The notes under the pieces are model-generated. The model had not been told where the DNA came from. It ran no database searches and saw only the letters and a list, made by a program, of their open reading frames with translations. A stretch of DNA of 63,517 bases, counting the filler, from Octopus bimaculoides (lineage: Eukaryota), in NCBI RefSeq assembly GCF_001194135.2. It is 9 parts of 9 records of this genome, joined end to end, with 100 filler letters (N's around TTAATTAATTAA, not from the genome) between each part and the next. Parts side by side here need not be neighbours in the genome. Positions count along the whole stretch, not along the records: positions 49,903 to 56,074 come from NC_068992.1; positions 56,175 to 58,169 come from NC_068990.1; positions 58,270 to 63,517 come from NC_068985.1; 6 more parts are not named here. One strand, given 5' to 3'. The position numbers were made by a program, and so were the translations under genes. Positions 51,411-63,517 of this stretch are shown here, one piece after another; position 1 is the first letter of the stretch; every line of letters begins with the position of its first letter.

Positions 51411-52664
51411 CAGGGTGCATAAGGTATTTGAGGACAGATTTATATTATTTAAAAAAAAACAGATACATAATAACAGATAATAACTTTATTTATGAAAAAA
51501 TGCTATCAGGGTAAAAATAAACCTTCTTTTCTATAATGTTGTTCTATATAGCCACCTCAGCCTCAACAACTGCTTCTATATGAGAACTAAATCATCTACA
51601 TGCTCGAATCAAGTGGTCCTGGTTCATTTTGGCCATTACTCTGACTATGGCAGCTTTCAAAGAATCTTTGGTGCTATGAGCCTATCCATTGACCTCTCTC
51701 TCTCAACAACGCTCCACATGTAATAGCCCAATGGATTAAGATCTGAGGAATTAGGAGGATAAATGTTGGCGGGTTATGTGCTCGCAAACATTTTCAGCCA
51801 TCCATTCCTGTGTTACAAGAGCCATGTGAGATAGTGCAGATTGTTACTGAAATACATATGTCCTTCCAATGCATACAATGTCTATCCAGAGCTTAAGAAT
51901 TATTTCCAGGACCTCAGTGTAGGTGGCAGAGTTAACTCTAAGGCCTTATGGAATGAAATAAGGAGGCCTCCCATGTTCTTCATTGCTGACAACTCCTAAA
52001 ATCATGACAGTTTCAAAAAATTTTGTATGCATAACACTTGGAACTTCAGAAGGTTCTGCACATAAGCATCTTTCATTTCTTCTGTTAACTTTTTTATCTT
52101 GGTGGAGGTTTTTCTCGTTGGAGAAAAACCAAATTAAATCTTCTGCTGGATTTTTCAGTTTGTTTAAGAGCAGTTTAGATATGTTGTAGTGATTTTAGTT
52201 TGATTTCTCTGATAAATTGACCTTTCCTCATCATATACGACTTATACCTGATGTCTTCGTGGACAAAATTTCTGACATATGGAGGTCTTTTCCAATTGAC
52301 TTCACGGACTTTCTGGGACTGTAATCAATGGTCTGTTGAACTTGTTGAATAAATGCAGATTTTCTGATGATTTACATGAGTTTAGAATGCTTTTCATGCT
52401 TTGATACAGGTGATACGCTTCCATTTTCAGTCTCTAGCTCCTTACAAACTTTGTAAACGAAAGATCTGGCAACTTTTAAAATCGAGATATTCTTAAATCG
52501 CTATGCTCAGCCTTTATAACCACAATGACAGCATGTCTCTTCATTTCTTGAGTAAGCTGAGGGCCTGCCATTATTATTTTCTGAAACAAAGATTATACAG
52601 AGTTAACAAAAATGTAGCCATGACCCCCCCAAAAAATATGTCCTCAAATACCTTACGCACTTTG
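51411..52664 (-). mobile_element. Full-length decayed Tc1/mariner element (maT/DD37D-like), TA target duplication
   Basis: TIRs TA|CAGGGTGCATAAGGTATTTGAGGACA and TGTCCTCAAATACCTTACGCACTTTG|TA. Broken ORF from ATG 52571: MAGPQLTQEMKRHAVIV..., WFFSNEKN, YVFQ*QSALSH, PPNSSDLNPLGYYMWSVVE; several stops and frameshifts. Confidence 0.93.
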
Positions 52665-54839
52665 TATTCCTATGGGGATGCTGTGAATGCCAGGATATCT
52701 TCTAATTTTCGTTTCCTGGATGGAATTATCAGTATCTTTGTTGTTGGTGACACGTCTAAAGTGGTATCTTCCTGTTGATGTAGGGCACATTTCACTGTCA
52801 CATGAAAAATTAGGTGCTACTCTTATAGGTGTAGAGATGTGACCCATCCTTATTCCTCATTGGTAAGTTACCACATATCCGTGAACCGTATAACTGTTTT
52901 CAACTGCATTGGAGAGCCTTTGCATGGTGAGAATAATCAAGGGCTTGGATTTCACCTGTTTTTTTGTTTCTTTGAACTGCCGCATTTCCTTTTCTGGTAA
53001 GGTTATTTTCGTTTTCACTATGCTGGTAGCTCGACATGTGCATACTGGGTTAAGATCTTGACGGTATATTTGACTTTTCAGATAACAGATGTTCAAAACT
53101 GACATCATTCTCAGCAAACCAGCCAGCATAATTGCATAAAAGAAAACAGGTGCAGTGTCAAATAGTGAAATCTCACGTAGCGCTTTATATGGTTAGTGAT
53201 ATTTACTGTAAGTAAACATTGCATTTCACGGTTTTAAACCTTTAAAGTTTCATTTTCAGATTTTTCGGCAAAATTCTGTTGGTTTTAATTGTACACTCCT
53301 CACATAATTCGTCTTGCAAACTAATTACATCTTAAACATTTGTTTATGTAAAATAGATCTGCAGAATCAGTTTCAATTATTTGTTGGACTTTCATCAGTA
53401 ACAAGGAAACCTCCTTAAATGTTTACTGAGAAAAACAGCTGGTCATCCAAATTGCACGTACCACATATAGTCTGTGACATTTCTTGCGGCATTGGCTTCT
53501 ATTATTGCAGTGTAAGTGAACATTGCATTTCACGGTTTTGAAACTCTTAAATGTTACCCTCGGCAAGGCTCCGCAGCCCAGCGGAGCCCGACGAGGACTA
53601 CCGACGCAGACTACCACGATCACATCCCCTTGGACGGTGACAACCGAGAGAAAAGAAAAGGAGAAGGTGCACATCCCCGTCGTCGGGGATGGAACGAGCA
53701 GCAACTTAAACACAAGAACGATCGCTGCCACGACAACGGCAAACGGACACGGAAACCGGCTCCGTCTCCAGCACAAAGCGCGTAAACACACGGACGCGCA
53801 CACACGCGGACGTGCATGCTAACGGCTGCGAGTCTTCGATACGCAACAACGCTTTGCTAACTTGCTTACATACATCTGTATGTCAGAGTTACTCCTGCCG
53901 TTTACACGTACCTCATTCCACTCCTTCGCTCTGACGTCGAGACAAATCACTTGACGCATAACACACGGACACACACACATTCAAGCTCGAAACTGCATTT
54001 AGCAACAAAGGCGCAGCACACCTGCTGTAAAGCCACTTTTGAAGACGTTGCTATAACTTTTTCCCAAATGACAAAGTTAGGCCATATGTGTTGATTCGAT
54101 AGTCAGGTAGTGAACCAGATCTTTTCGATTTTATACTGCTCACGCGTGGACAATCTGTTGCACATCGATGTCCATATAACATAGCGTATCAGTTTGTTTT
54201 ATCAACCATGATAACTCTACATTTGAGCCTTTCAGAATAGGTTACGTCTAACATCATTCTGACTTTGCAGGAATCAAAGCTCACATTGATTTATTTCATC
54301 TTTGCAGTTTTCCAGCCACAGAAATAGAGAAACCACTGAATGGATCGCAATTTAACATAATTTAGTTATTGCAGTTTATCATTAATACCGCTACAATTAT
54401 ACATTGGGTTAAATGTCTTTTGTAGATTTAGTAAGGTTTGTTTTTAATCCTGCCTATATATTGATTATTGAAATAGTGTGGTTATTAAGCGTTACTTTTA
54501 TATTACACTACGGAAGACAGTAGGAAATATAACTTTTTATGGCTTAATAGAATTGTCGCTGTTTAGTTATGTATTAGGAGGGTTTGTAATTTACTTACGG
54601 AATTTATTTATCGATACGGTTGTACATTGGGTAAATGTGTTTGCATTTTTTGTTTCTTTGGTTTGTTTGTTTGTTCCCAAACAACACTTGTTTTAGTGCT
54701 GTTGACACCGCCAGATTGAATGATACTGCCCAGATGTCGAAACCATAATAATATCCGTGTGGCAGCTGATGATGGAGGTATGTTGGATTGTTGGTATGGC
54801 TGTAGAATAGTATTATGACACATCCTTTTGATATCTCTC

Positions 54840-55022
54840 TTAATCCTTTTTGCCCAGTGTAGAGCATAGGGCCTCAACAGTTATTTTCCACTGTTTGCGG
54901 TCATTGGCGTGTTTCTTGGCTGTTTCCCATGTCATGCCGGTGGTCCTGATCTCGTCCAAAAAACTCCGCATCCATGGCTGCTTCGGGCGTCCTCGCTTCC
55001 TCTTCCCCTGCGGGTTCCTTTT
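54840..55022 (-). mobile_element. RTE-type LINE ORF2 C-terminal fragment
   Basis: NPQGKRKRGRPKQPWMRSFLDEIRTTGMTWETAKKHANDRKQWKITVEALCSTLGKKD*: typical RTE C-terminus (GKR.RGRP..W ... A.DR..W...V.ALC). Confidence 0.8.
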
Positions 55023-55023
55023 G

Positions 55024-55056
<33 letters not shown>

Positions 55057-56015
55057 ATAGCCCTCGAGAAAACCTTTTTAAGAAGTGTTAATTTGAGTTA
55101 ATTTGCAGCTAATTTCGGAAAGTTTATTTAAATTGTGTTCACATGCCCTGGAGGAATTGTGAGTGAAATGTCCGATAAAAACAAAAATTATATACATTAA
55201 ACCTAACTGCCAGAATTTATAAGCAAATACATAAAGTTTGTGTGAAATATTAGTCCTATCAAAAAATATTTTGCTCATAAGAAGAGAATAATATTTAAAT
55301 GTGTTTTCCATCGTAGAACAAAAAAGAGAATTCGTATTTCTGCGAAGCGTTCAAAGGAAATATAACGTTACCTTAGTGTAGATATTTCAAGAGTTTCAGA
55401 GAAAATATATCAGACAACAGCTTTCATCAAAACAAAATATAGTTAATCTATTTATTTGTCATCCTGGGACTGCATTCTGGCGAAATTACAATGAAAAGCG
55501 TATATACTTGTCGTCTTTCTCAAAATGTACATCAAAGTAACTGATGACCGCGTAATGACATGTAATTTATAGCCACAAAATTTGATGAGATATTTTTAAT
55601 AAATGGAAAACAAAATCAGATTACGTATACATTAACAGAACATAAATAAAAATGTACATAAATATGTATTTGTACTCATGTACGATATCTAAATTTCCTT
55701 TCTCTAATCATGTTCTTCATGCCAAATACGAAAAATGACTGGTCTATTTTTGCACAGTAAAAGTTATAGTAATTGTAAAGGCAAATGAAACTGTCATATA
55801 ATTTCAAGTGCATAAGTCAATTTTAAACAGAAATGGTATCATAAAAAAACACGGTAGGTCATATAAAACTTATAGATTTCCGGCAGATATTATTAACAAA
55901 ATATCCTAAAGCTATACTACTTAATGCTTTCTTTCAACAGACGCATTTTATTTTACAGAGCTAAACATTACTCTTGGGAAAGTTTCATATCTTTCAATTA
56001 GCAACTATTTATATG

Positions 56016-56059
<44 letters not shown>

Positions 56060-56342
56060 TGTGTGTGTGTGTGTNNNNNNNNNNNNNNNNNNNNNNNNNN
56101 NNNNNNNNNNNNNNNNNNTTAATTAATTAANNNNNNNNNNNNNNNNNNNNNNNNNNNNNNNNNNNNNNNNNNNNAAACTATTTGTATATGCTCCACAGGG
56201 GAAAACAAGGAACATAGTTTACAACGAGGTGTTATAATCACAACAGCAAGAAAGTATGTACATGATCTCCTTCTTTTACGAAACTTCATTGACTTTCATA
56301 TATTTATATTGATAGACATATATATACGTGTGTGTATATACA

Positions 56343-56433
56343 TCTCTATATATAAAGATGATGCGTAGTCTAGACGGCGTTTTTAGATTTCATTATTCTC
56401 TTTAACCCGGGCAACGCCGGGTATTTCTGCTAG
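56343..56433 (+). mobile_element. 91-bp non-autonomous Helitron
   Basis: A|TCTCTATATATAAAG ... CCCGG-GCAACG-CCGGG-TATTTCTG-CTAG|T: 5' TC, subterminal GC hairpin, 3' CTAG, A/T insertion site, no TSD. Confidence 0.75.
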
Positions 56434-58284
56434 TATGTATATATATATATATATATATATATAGTGGCAAGAAACTCCTCTCGAGAGCTGAGCAACATAA
56501 GGTCCCTAGAGACGAAACACTCCCTTAGGTAAGTGTTTCAGCCCTTAACCCTTTTCACACTAAGGTGGCCATGCTGCATCCAGGTCACTTCTGCTGACAA
56601 TTTTTTGCCAGTTGGATATCGGAGACTTGTGCATTTAAACCGCTTGGAGTTTTTATCTAGTCGGAAATCCTCTCCGTTGAGTAAGCTTTCAAACTTATAC
56701 TTAACTTGCTTAAAAGCCACACTCCGTGCGGACTTTTAAGCTAGCTCCTACGGAAGGCTAATTGGGCCTGCGGCCATAAACTAATGAGACTTAAATAGCA
56801 CGACTATAAATCATCTATATTGACTATATGCCCCGGTGGTGTTTGATCAAAGGTTACGGACGGATGAGAATTAATTCTAATTAATTCTGTAATGCAATCA
56901 ATCTGTTGTTCCAGACCCAAGTTGCATTCCAACTGTTGGCCAATTTGTCCCAAAGTTCTTACCTCGACGTATAATTAACGAAACGAAAGTCATTTATCCC
57001 CCACCCCTTGATCTCTGACGTTATCTGACAAACGTCATCAAGATGGCGTGAATCAACCAGGCTTTACCCGCTAGAAGTAGCAACCCAAATACTTTTAAAT
57101 CAGATCCCTATAGTGGATATTCAAGAACCAAGTGAAGGGCAGATTTTCAATCCCAGGATCATTCTGATACCAAAAAAGCATATGTCTATGTAGGGCAAAT
57201 ATAGACTGGGATACAGGGGTCCGAGACAGACAGAATTTCGCTTTTGTTATAATAGAAGAAGAAATATTGTTGGTTGTCATGGTAGCAGTAAAACGTCAAC
57301 GCTACGACAATGACTCACCCAGATATATTGTGATATATGTCTAGACTGGGTAATGTGCTAGTTTATTTAGCGCTCATTACAAATTCCTGATTCTCCATAT
57401 TTTAAGACTGATATTTAAGAAAGTCAAGGTTACTTATCATTGGAGTAACTTGTGTAAAGGTTTTGCACAGGGTAACATATAAGACAAGAAAGAAGACGAA
57501 GGTATCAATTTAGCACAAGTTCAGTATTAGTAACAATTGTTTCAATGCCATTACTCTCCGAACTATATTACATATAAATGATTATGAATGAGAATACAAA
57601 AACCTGTATATCATGTACAATAGCAATTTTTGGTAACTGTATGATGTGGTGTCATCCTGCGCAATTCAAGCATGGATAAATTTATACAGGTCTTGTGTAA
57701 TTTATCATACGTAATCACTTACAGATAATGATGTTCGCAGCAGAATGATAAGGAAACAATTGTAATTAATATTAAACTTGTGCTATATTGTTATCTTCAT
57801 CTTTTGGATTTTACATGTGTTTGTGTACATATATATATATGTATATATAAATCTATATGCGTGTGTGTGTATGTATGTATACGTATACATATATATGCAT
57901 ATATTTATCATATGTATGTATAAAAATATATGTATATATATATATATTTATAAATATATGTGCGCATATATATGCACATACGTATGTACATATACATAGG
58001 TATGTATGTGTGTATATATATCTATATCTATATCTATATCTATCTATTTATCTATCTATATCTATATATATATATATATCTATATCTATATCTATATCTA
58101 TCTATCTATTTATCTATCTATATCTATATATATATATATATCTATATCTATATCTATATCTATCTATCTNNNNNNNNNNNNNNNNNNNNNNNNNNNNNNN
58201 NNNNNNNNNNNNNTTAATTAATTAANNNNNNNNNNNNNNNNNNNNNNNNNNNNNNNNNNNNNNNNNNNNTATACACACACATAC

Positions 58285-58315
<31 letters not shown>

Positions 58316-58377
58316 CATACATATATGTATATATATATATATATGTATATGTATATGTATACGTATCTACAAATGTA

Positions 58378-58413
<36 letters not shown>

Positions 58414-59252
58414 ATATATACATTTCATAGATTGGATTACTGCTTATTTACTGGACAAATTATACCTACGACATTCAAGAGCTTAATACTTCAACACAAT
58501 GATAAAAGCCAGTAAACAATTACGACAGTGGAATAGAAATAGCTGTTATGATATTTCATAGGTTTGGACTTGGCTAAAACGAATGTTCAGTACATCATTT
58601 GGTGTTATAGAATACAAACGATCTCACATTTCAGAAATTTCATTTCAGTTGCCACTTAGCTATTCTCTTAACTTAGATACAAACATCTTCAAATGGATTG
58701 TTACTACATAATTATTTGAAAATTAATACATAACCAAATATTTGGATTGAATAAATTCAAATAATGTATTAGGAACAGCTCCATAACGTGAACATCGTTA
58801 ATATCGCTTAACGTATTTGTGTTGCTGAACGCTAGTAGCTAGCGTATTTAAAGACATTTTGCTTTCCGAAATGTTCATCTAAGGTAGTGTTTATTCAAAG
58901 ACGGTGATGTGTGGTTTTGAGGAAGCGTCAGCACTTATATTACTCCCCTTATTTTTAATTGTTTCAGTCACCAGTCTGCAACCATACTAGGTCAACGACT
59001 TAACTAATCGAAATATTATTTTTAAAATCTGGTACGCCTTTTTCGGCATCTTTTTGCCGAACCACTTAATTATGGGAAAATAATCAGATTAAAATCAGTT
59101 GTCAAGTGGTAGTGAGGGACAAACACAAACACAAAGATACACACACGCGCGCACGTGCATATATATATATATATATATATANNNNNNNNNNNNNNNNNNN
59201 NNNNNNNNNNNNNNNNNNNNNNNNNNNNNNNNNNNNNNNNNNNNNNNNNNNN

Positions 59253-59400
59253 ATGGGAGAATATACAAATAATAACAACAGACGAGGACAGGTGGTGTAA
59301 ATAACAAAAGTATATATTAGTATGACGCTCGGGAATACGGAAAGTCTTTGACGTTTCGAGCTACGCTCTTCAACAGAAAGAATACGGAGACAAGGAGAAA
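59253..59400 (-). mobile_element. Penelope-like pseudo-LTR fragment with hammerhead-like motif (59345-59381)
   Basis: Second copy of 10556-10735; minus strand TCTTT-CTGTTGA-A-GAGC(GTA)GCTC-GAAA-CGTC-AAAGA. Confidence 0.6.
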
Positions 59401-60548
59401 AACATATATATACATATATATATATATATATAAATATATATATATGCATGTATGTATGTATATATATATATATATACGTTAGTTAGGCATCTTTCACTTG
59501 CTGTCTACCATACCCACGCGGGGCTAGTATGGAAAAGATATGTCTAAGATGCTGTGCTGTGGAACTGAACTCAAGATTGCACGGCTAGAAATCATGTTCA
59601 CCACAAAAGATCCCCTGCGCTGTTGTCTAACTAGGTGAACTAACCGGGAGGGCATTTCTTGCTGAGTCTGTATATTTTATGGGTCGTGATCAGTAATAGT
59701 AAAAGGAAATTTCCCTTAAATTTACATGTTTCTTACTCATGAATTAATACCGTTTCTCATTCGGAATATTATCTTATAATTGAATATGCTATATACATAA
59801 TGCTATATGCATCCAATATACATTTTTTGTTTCCAAATTACATTATAATTTAGTGCCGTGTTCTTTTGCCACTACAATATACTAATGGCTACTTAAAACA
59901 AAAGTACATGCTCTAAATACGATGAAATAGTCTGACTATTTAAAATTCTATGCACATACATGAAGACATTGGGTTGAGAATTAAATAGCTATGATGTGAT
60001 TTTTTTATGCAGTTTTGATAGTGTGTGATGCATATGCCTCGTTTACACACAAATATGCACGACGCAAGCGCATGCTCGTACACACACATACATACACACA
60101 AACATACGTTCATATATGCATACACAACTTATAAAAGCGAATGAGTATCTCACTCTTCCCCTTTCTTCTTTCTATATATCTATATTTACACACACAAATA
60201 TATTTATACATACGTGTGTATGTATACATACATATGTGTGTGTGTGAGCCTGTATTTAACTCTATCTCTCTAATAATTATTCTAACTAGTGATTATTCAA
60301 CTTAATTTTGTTTCTTAATTTTGTTTCACGTTGCCCTAGCTACATTTTCAGCAAAATAATAATGACTCTCCCATGAAGCTGAAAATCTGGTTGTCTAGTT
60401 ATTTCATATACAATCGTCGCTCATCTGATATTAATTAAATATTCATTTATTCCACTAAAAAAAAATATACATCATTGATTCCACTGAAAAAAAAAATAAT
60501 AATACATGCATCATAATGTACTCAGAGCAAATTACTTTCTTAAGTGAA

Positions 60549-60815
60549 AGCGCGTGGTCTTGTGGTTAGAGTCTTATAGTGACAAGTATAAGGTCGCGGT
60601 TTCAATTCCTTGACCGTGCGATACGTTGTATACTTAAAGAAAAATGCTTCATTTCATGTTGCTGAATTCCAATTCCATTTAGCTGCAATTTGTTCCAGTT
60701 ATAGACGAGAATTGACGATGTACGGGCCAGTATCCTGTCCAGTGGAGTGCATTGTGGGCTTGCTCATTTCAACGTGAAACCAGCTCCAGGTGTATGAGTC
60801 ATGGGATTCATGACA
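60549..60815 (+). mobile_element. Old tRNA-headed SINE-like remnant
   Basis: GCGCGTGGTCTTGTGGTTAGAG...GGTCGCGGTTTCAATTCC head, then degenerate core and GGCCAGTATCCTGTCCAG tail. Confidence 0.4.
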
Positions 60816-62886
60816 GATGTCACACAATGATCTTAGATTTGACTAGAGCCTGAGTTTAACTTCCAGTGTATCAGTAATCTCGCTTTGACATTCAATTATC
60901 AAAAATTAAGTGCCAAGTATGTACTGGAATTGCTTAAACTGTAGTAAGAGTTCTTTGCATATTTTTATCTTAGAAAGGGACTTTCCATCTGGAAATAATA
61001 AAAATAATGGTTTCAATTGGCGTCGCGAACATTACAGGCTTCTCTAAGCCAAACACTACTCAAATGAAAGAACAGAAAATACATTTAATTGCCTTTATTT
61101 CAAAATAGATGCGCTTAAATCTGTTAAAGAAATGCAAGCAATACGTACTGTTGAGCTTTGTATTTTCCAACGTTCCAGAGTGTCATTCGTTGTCAATATT
61201 TTCATGGGGAAAAACATTTTCATTAGGAAAAACGTATTCATTTTTAATCTAAGTCAGCAAAGAATGCACATGTGTATTCAGCAACACAAAGACCTGTTTC
61301 TTGTTAGGATATGTTTAGGTGATTATTTGTGGTGAAATTAATTATATATATTTTATCAGACTGGTTAGCCAGTAGAAAATACTTTTACTTTTTATGCAAT
61401 GTTACGGAATTCATTACATTAGCAATGAAGGAACGCTTTAAGCACTAGAGCCCTCGTAAAAAACAAGTTGATGCGATCTCCTAAAGGCTACTATACCTGT
61501 AATCACATGTTAATTTCTTTCGGAAAAGAAAGTGATACATTGTGTCGTGTCATCATAGATACTCTAGAAAAGAAGGCTCTTGACAAAATATAGAATGGTG
61601 AATCCATGTAGAAACCATAATAAACAGTTCAAAGCCTGTTACCTAGCTTTAGGCTACAATATACCTCTCTGGGTAAACAAAGCGATTGGTAGTATAAATT
61701 AGAATCTAATTATATGTTACTTTTAAAGTAAAAACTGCAATGTTGAAGGGGCTTTGATTTAATGTTTAAGTATCGATCAAGTGCTCTTTCTATTAATGCT
61801 GCTCTATTCTAGTATAAATCAAGACGTAATAAATTGTTTAGAAATACATCTAAGCGTTACTATTTCTCTGAAAGTGCCGTAAACCACGGAAAAACATTTT
61901 CATCGCAGTTTGACTTCATTACAGAAAACAATATTAACGGCCAGCCACCTGAACGGGGTTCCCGTTATATTATTATTGTGAAATGTAGTTTCTTTTCCTT
62001 TCAATATTTTAATAAAGTGAACGAGAGGTAAATTCAAAGTAGCACATAAATGCATTGTATTGGATAATTAATTAAAAATCTAGTGACTTGGAATATTTTA
62101 AGATTGCATCAAAATATAATAATGTATGTTGAATGAAAATAAAGATGAAAAGAACAAAACGAAATTCATATTGATAAGATTTCATATGAAGTTTGTTAAT
62201 TGAGAAACTGAGATGTTTTTAAGAAAAGTTAATGAAATAAAGAAATAATATAACATGTAAATATTAAGTGTTAATGAGTACATAGTCTTGGCAAGTTAAG
62301 ATCTGGCAATAACATTTCGTAATTAAAAATTTAAAACTAGTTTACATTATTTGTTCAATACATATAGGTTGCAATATCCAACCATAAACAAATTTTGTCA
62401 TTGGTGGTTAGAGCACCGATTAATTACAAATGAATTTATATTATTATATTTTCTTTGTTTAAGAATGTATCAGGAAATGTTGGCTTCCATAAAAATAACG
62501 TTTGTAATATAAAAACTATAAAACTTTCATTTATTTGTTTTCACAGTTAGGAAGTATTTTTGAAATTGTTTTGAGCTAAAAGATGACATTGTATATTGGA
62601 GATTGGCAAAACATTAAATTCAAACAAAGCTATTTGATTTTAGTTTCAACTGAGGCGTATAACTGTAAACAAAATGTAATGTGTAACAAATAGGTCGAGA
62701 AGATATTCCTAAAATATATAAAATGTTGATATATTTTGTGTATTAAAAACAACTGCACTGGTTACAGTATAATCATTTATGAACATCTGAATCGGAGCCT
62801 TCTTGGTTGATTGCTATAAACAGAATAAACTCGGCTATATTGTAATATGTATTGGAAATATATACAAATACACATGCACAAACATT

Positions 62887-62935
<49 letters not shown>

Positions 62936-62938
62936 ACA

Positions 62939-62982
<44 letters not shown>

Positions 62983-63014
62983 CATATGCTTCTGCGTCTA
63001 TGTTTTTCCCTCCA

Positions 63015-63185
63015 CCTCACCATCGATTGACAACCCATGGTGGTGTGTTTACGTCCCTGTAACTTAGCGGTTCGGCAAAGAAACGTACAGAATAAGTACT
63101 AGGCTTACAAAGAATAAGTTCTCGGATCGATTTGTTCGAATAAAGGCGATGCTCTAGCATGGCCACAGTCAAATGACTGAAAAAA
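63015..63185. mobile_element. Family A short interspersed repeat
   Basis: TTGACAACC...GGTGTGTTTACGTCCCTGTAACTTAGCGGTTCGGC...AAGTACTAGGCTTACAAAGAATAAG...GCATGGCCACAGTCAAATGACTGAA. Confidence 0.85.
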
Positions 63186-63517
63186 AAATGAATTATATAA
63201 CAATCAATAATATGTACGAAAAAAATCAGGTCTGTTTCCAACAATTGTTTTAATTGCATTAATATATGCATACACGCATATATACATACAGTTTAGGGCA
63301 GCGATGTCAAATTCTCTGATACACCAGATGTGCCATCAAAACTCTGGATTGGACTATATCAAGTGGAGGAGAAGAGCCATGCACGGAACGTGAAAAGAGC
63401 ACAGCATAAAGACGGAAAGTCACGGTGGTGCTCCAGCATGACCACAGCCACTTAGCTAAAACCCATAAATATATAAATACATACATACACACACACACAT
63501 ATGCATGTACCTAACTA

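Noticed and set aside
56485-56530. Hammerhead-like GTC(cctaga)GAC-GAAAC; similar partial motifs at ~6195-6230, ~12270-12310 and ~53360-53400
   Set aside because: Each lacks either the CUGANGA box or a pairing stem I/II; at best decayed relics.
56545-56760. TTAA|CCCTTTT as a piggyBac terminus, and piggyBac-like readings of 48900-51400
   Set aside because: No correctly oriented partner end in the window; peptide similarities were too weak and appeared on inconsistent strands.
56959-57000. Minus-strand exon ending AG|GTAAGA as EMC4 exon 1
   Set aside because: No ATG in the phase-2 frame and no EMC4 similarity; the real match is at 43867-43919.

Overview
AT-rich, microsatellite-saturated animal genomic DNA from a gapped draft assembly. 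The repeat families and simple-repeat load point to a cephalopod, probably Octopus (inference from recall, not a search). One host gene is well supported: EMC4/TMEM85 on the minus strand, with four coding exons at 43919-43867, 42568-42451, 40763-40610 and 39493-39336 giving 161 codons in consistent phases. Its short terminal exon was not found. The rest is mostly mobile-element debris: tRNA-derived SINEs, RTE-type and R4/Dong-type LINE fragments, two Tc1/mariner copies (one near-intact DD41D-type ORF, one full-length decayed copy with TIRs), a Helitron Rep remnant, a 91-bp mini-Helitron, a 181-bp palindromic MITE and a Penelope-like ORF fragment. The most notable unannotated signal is a set of seven hammerhead-ribozyme-like motifs (minimal type I topology, four sequence families, several with core deviations). 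Three of them lie in long foldback structures that look like inverted Penelope pseudo-LTRs. PLE-associated hammerheads are a known class, so any novelty lies in the variant cores and the foldback arrangement, not in the class itself. Most ORFs in the supplied track are artefacts of N-gaps and microsatellites. Unassigned exon-like or promoter-like signals at 18.1-18.6 kb and 44.5-57.3 kb remain unresolved.
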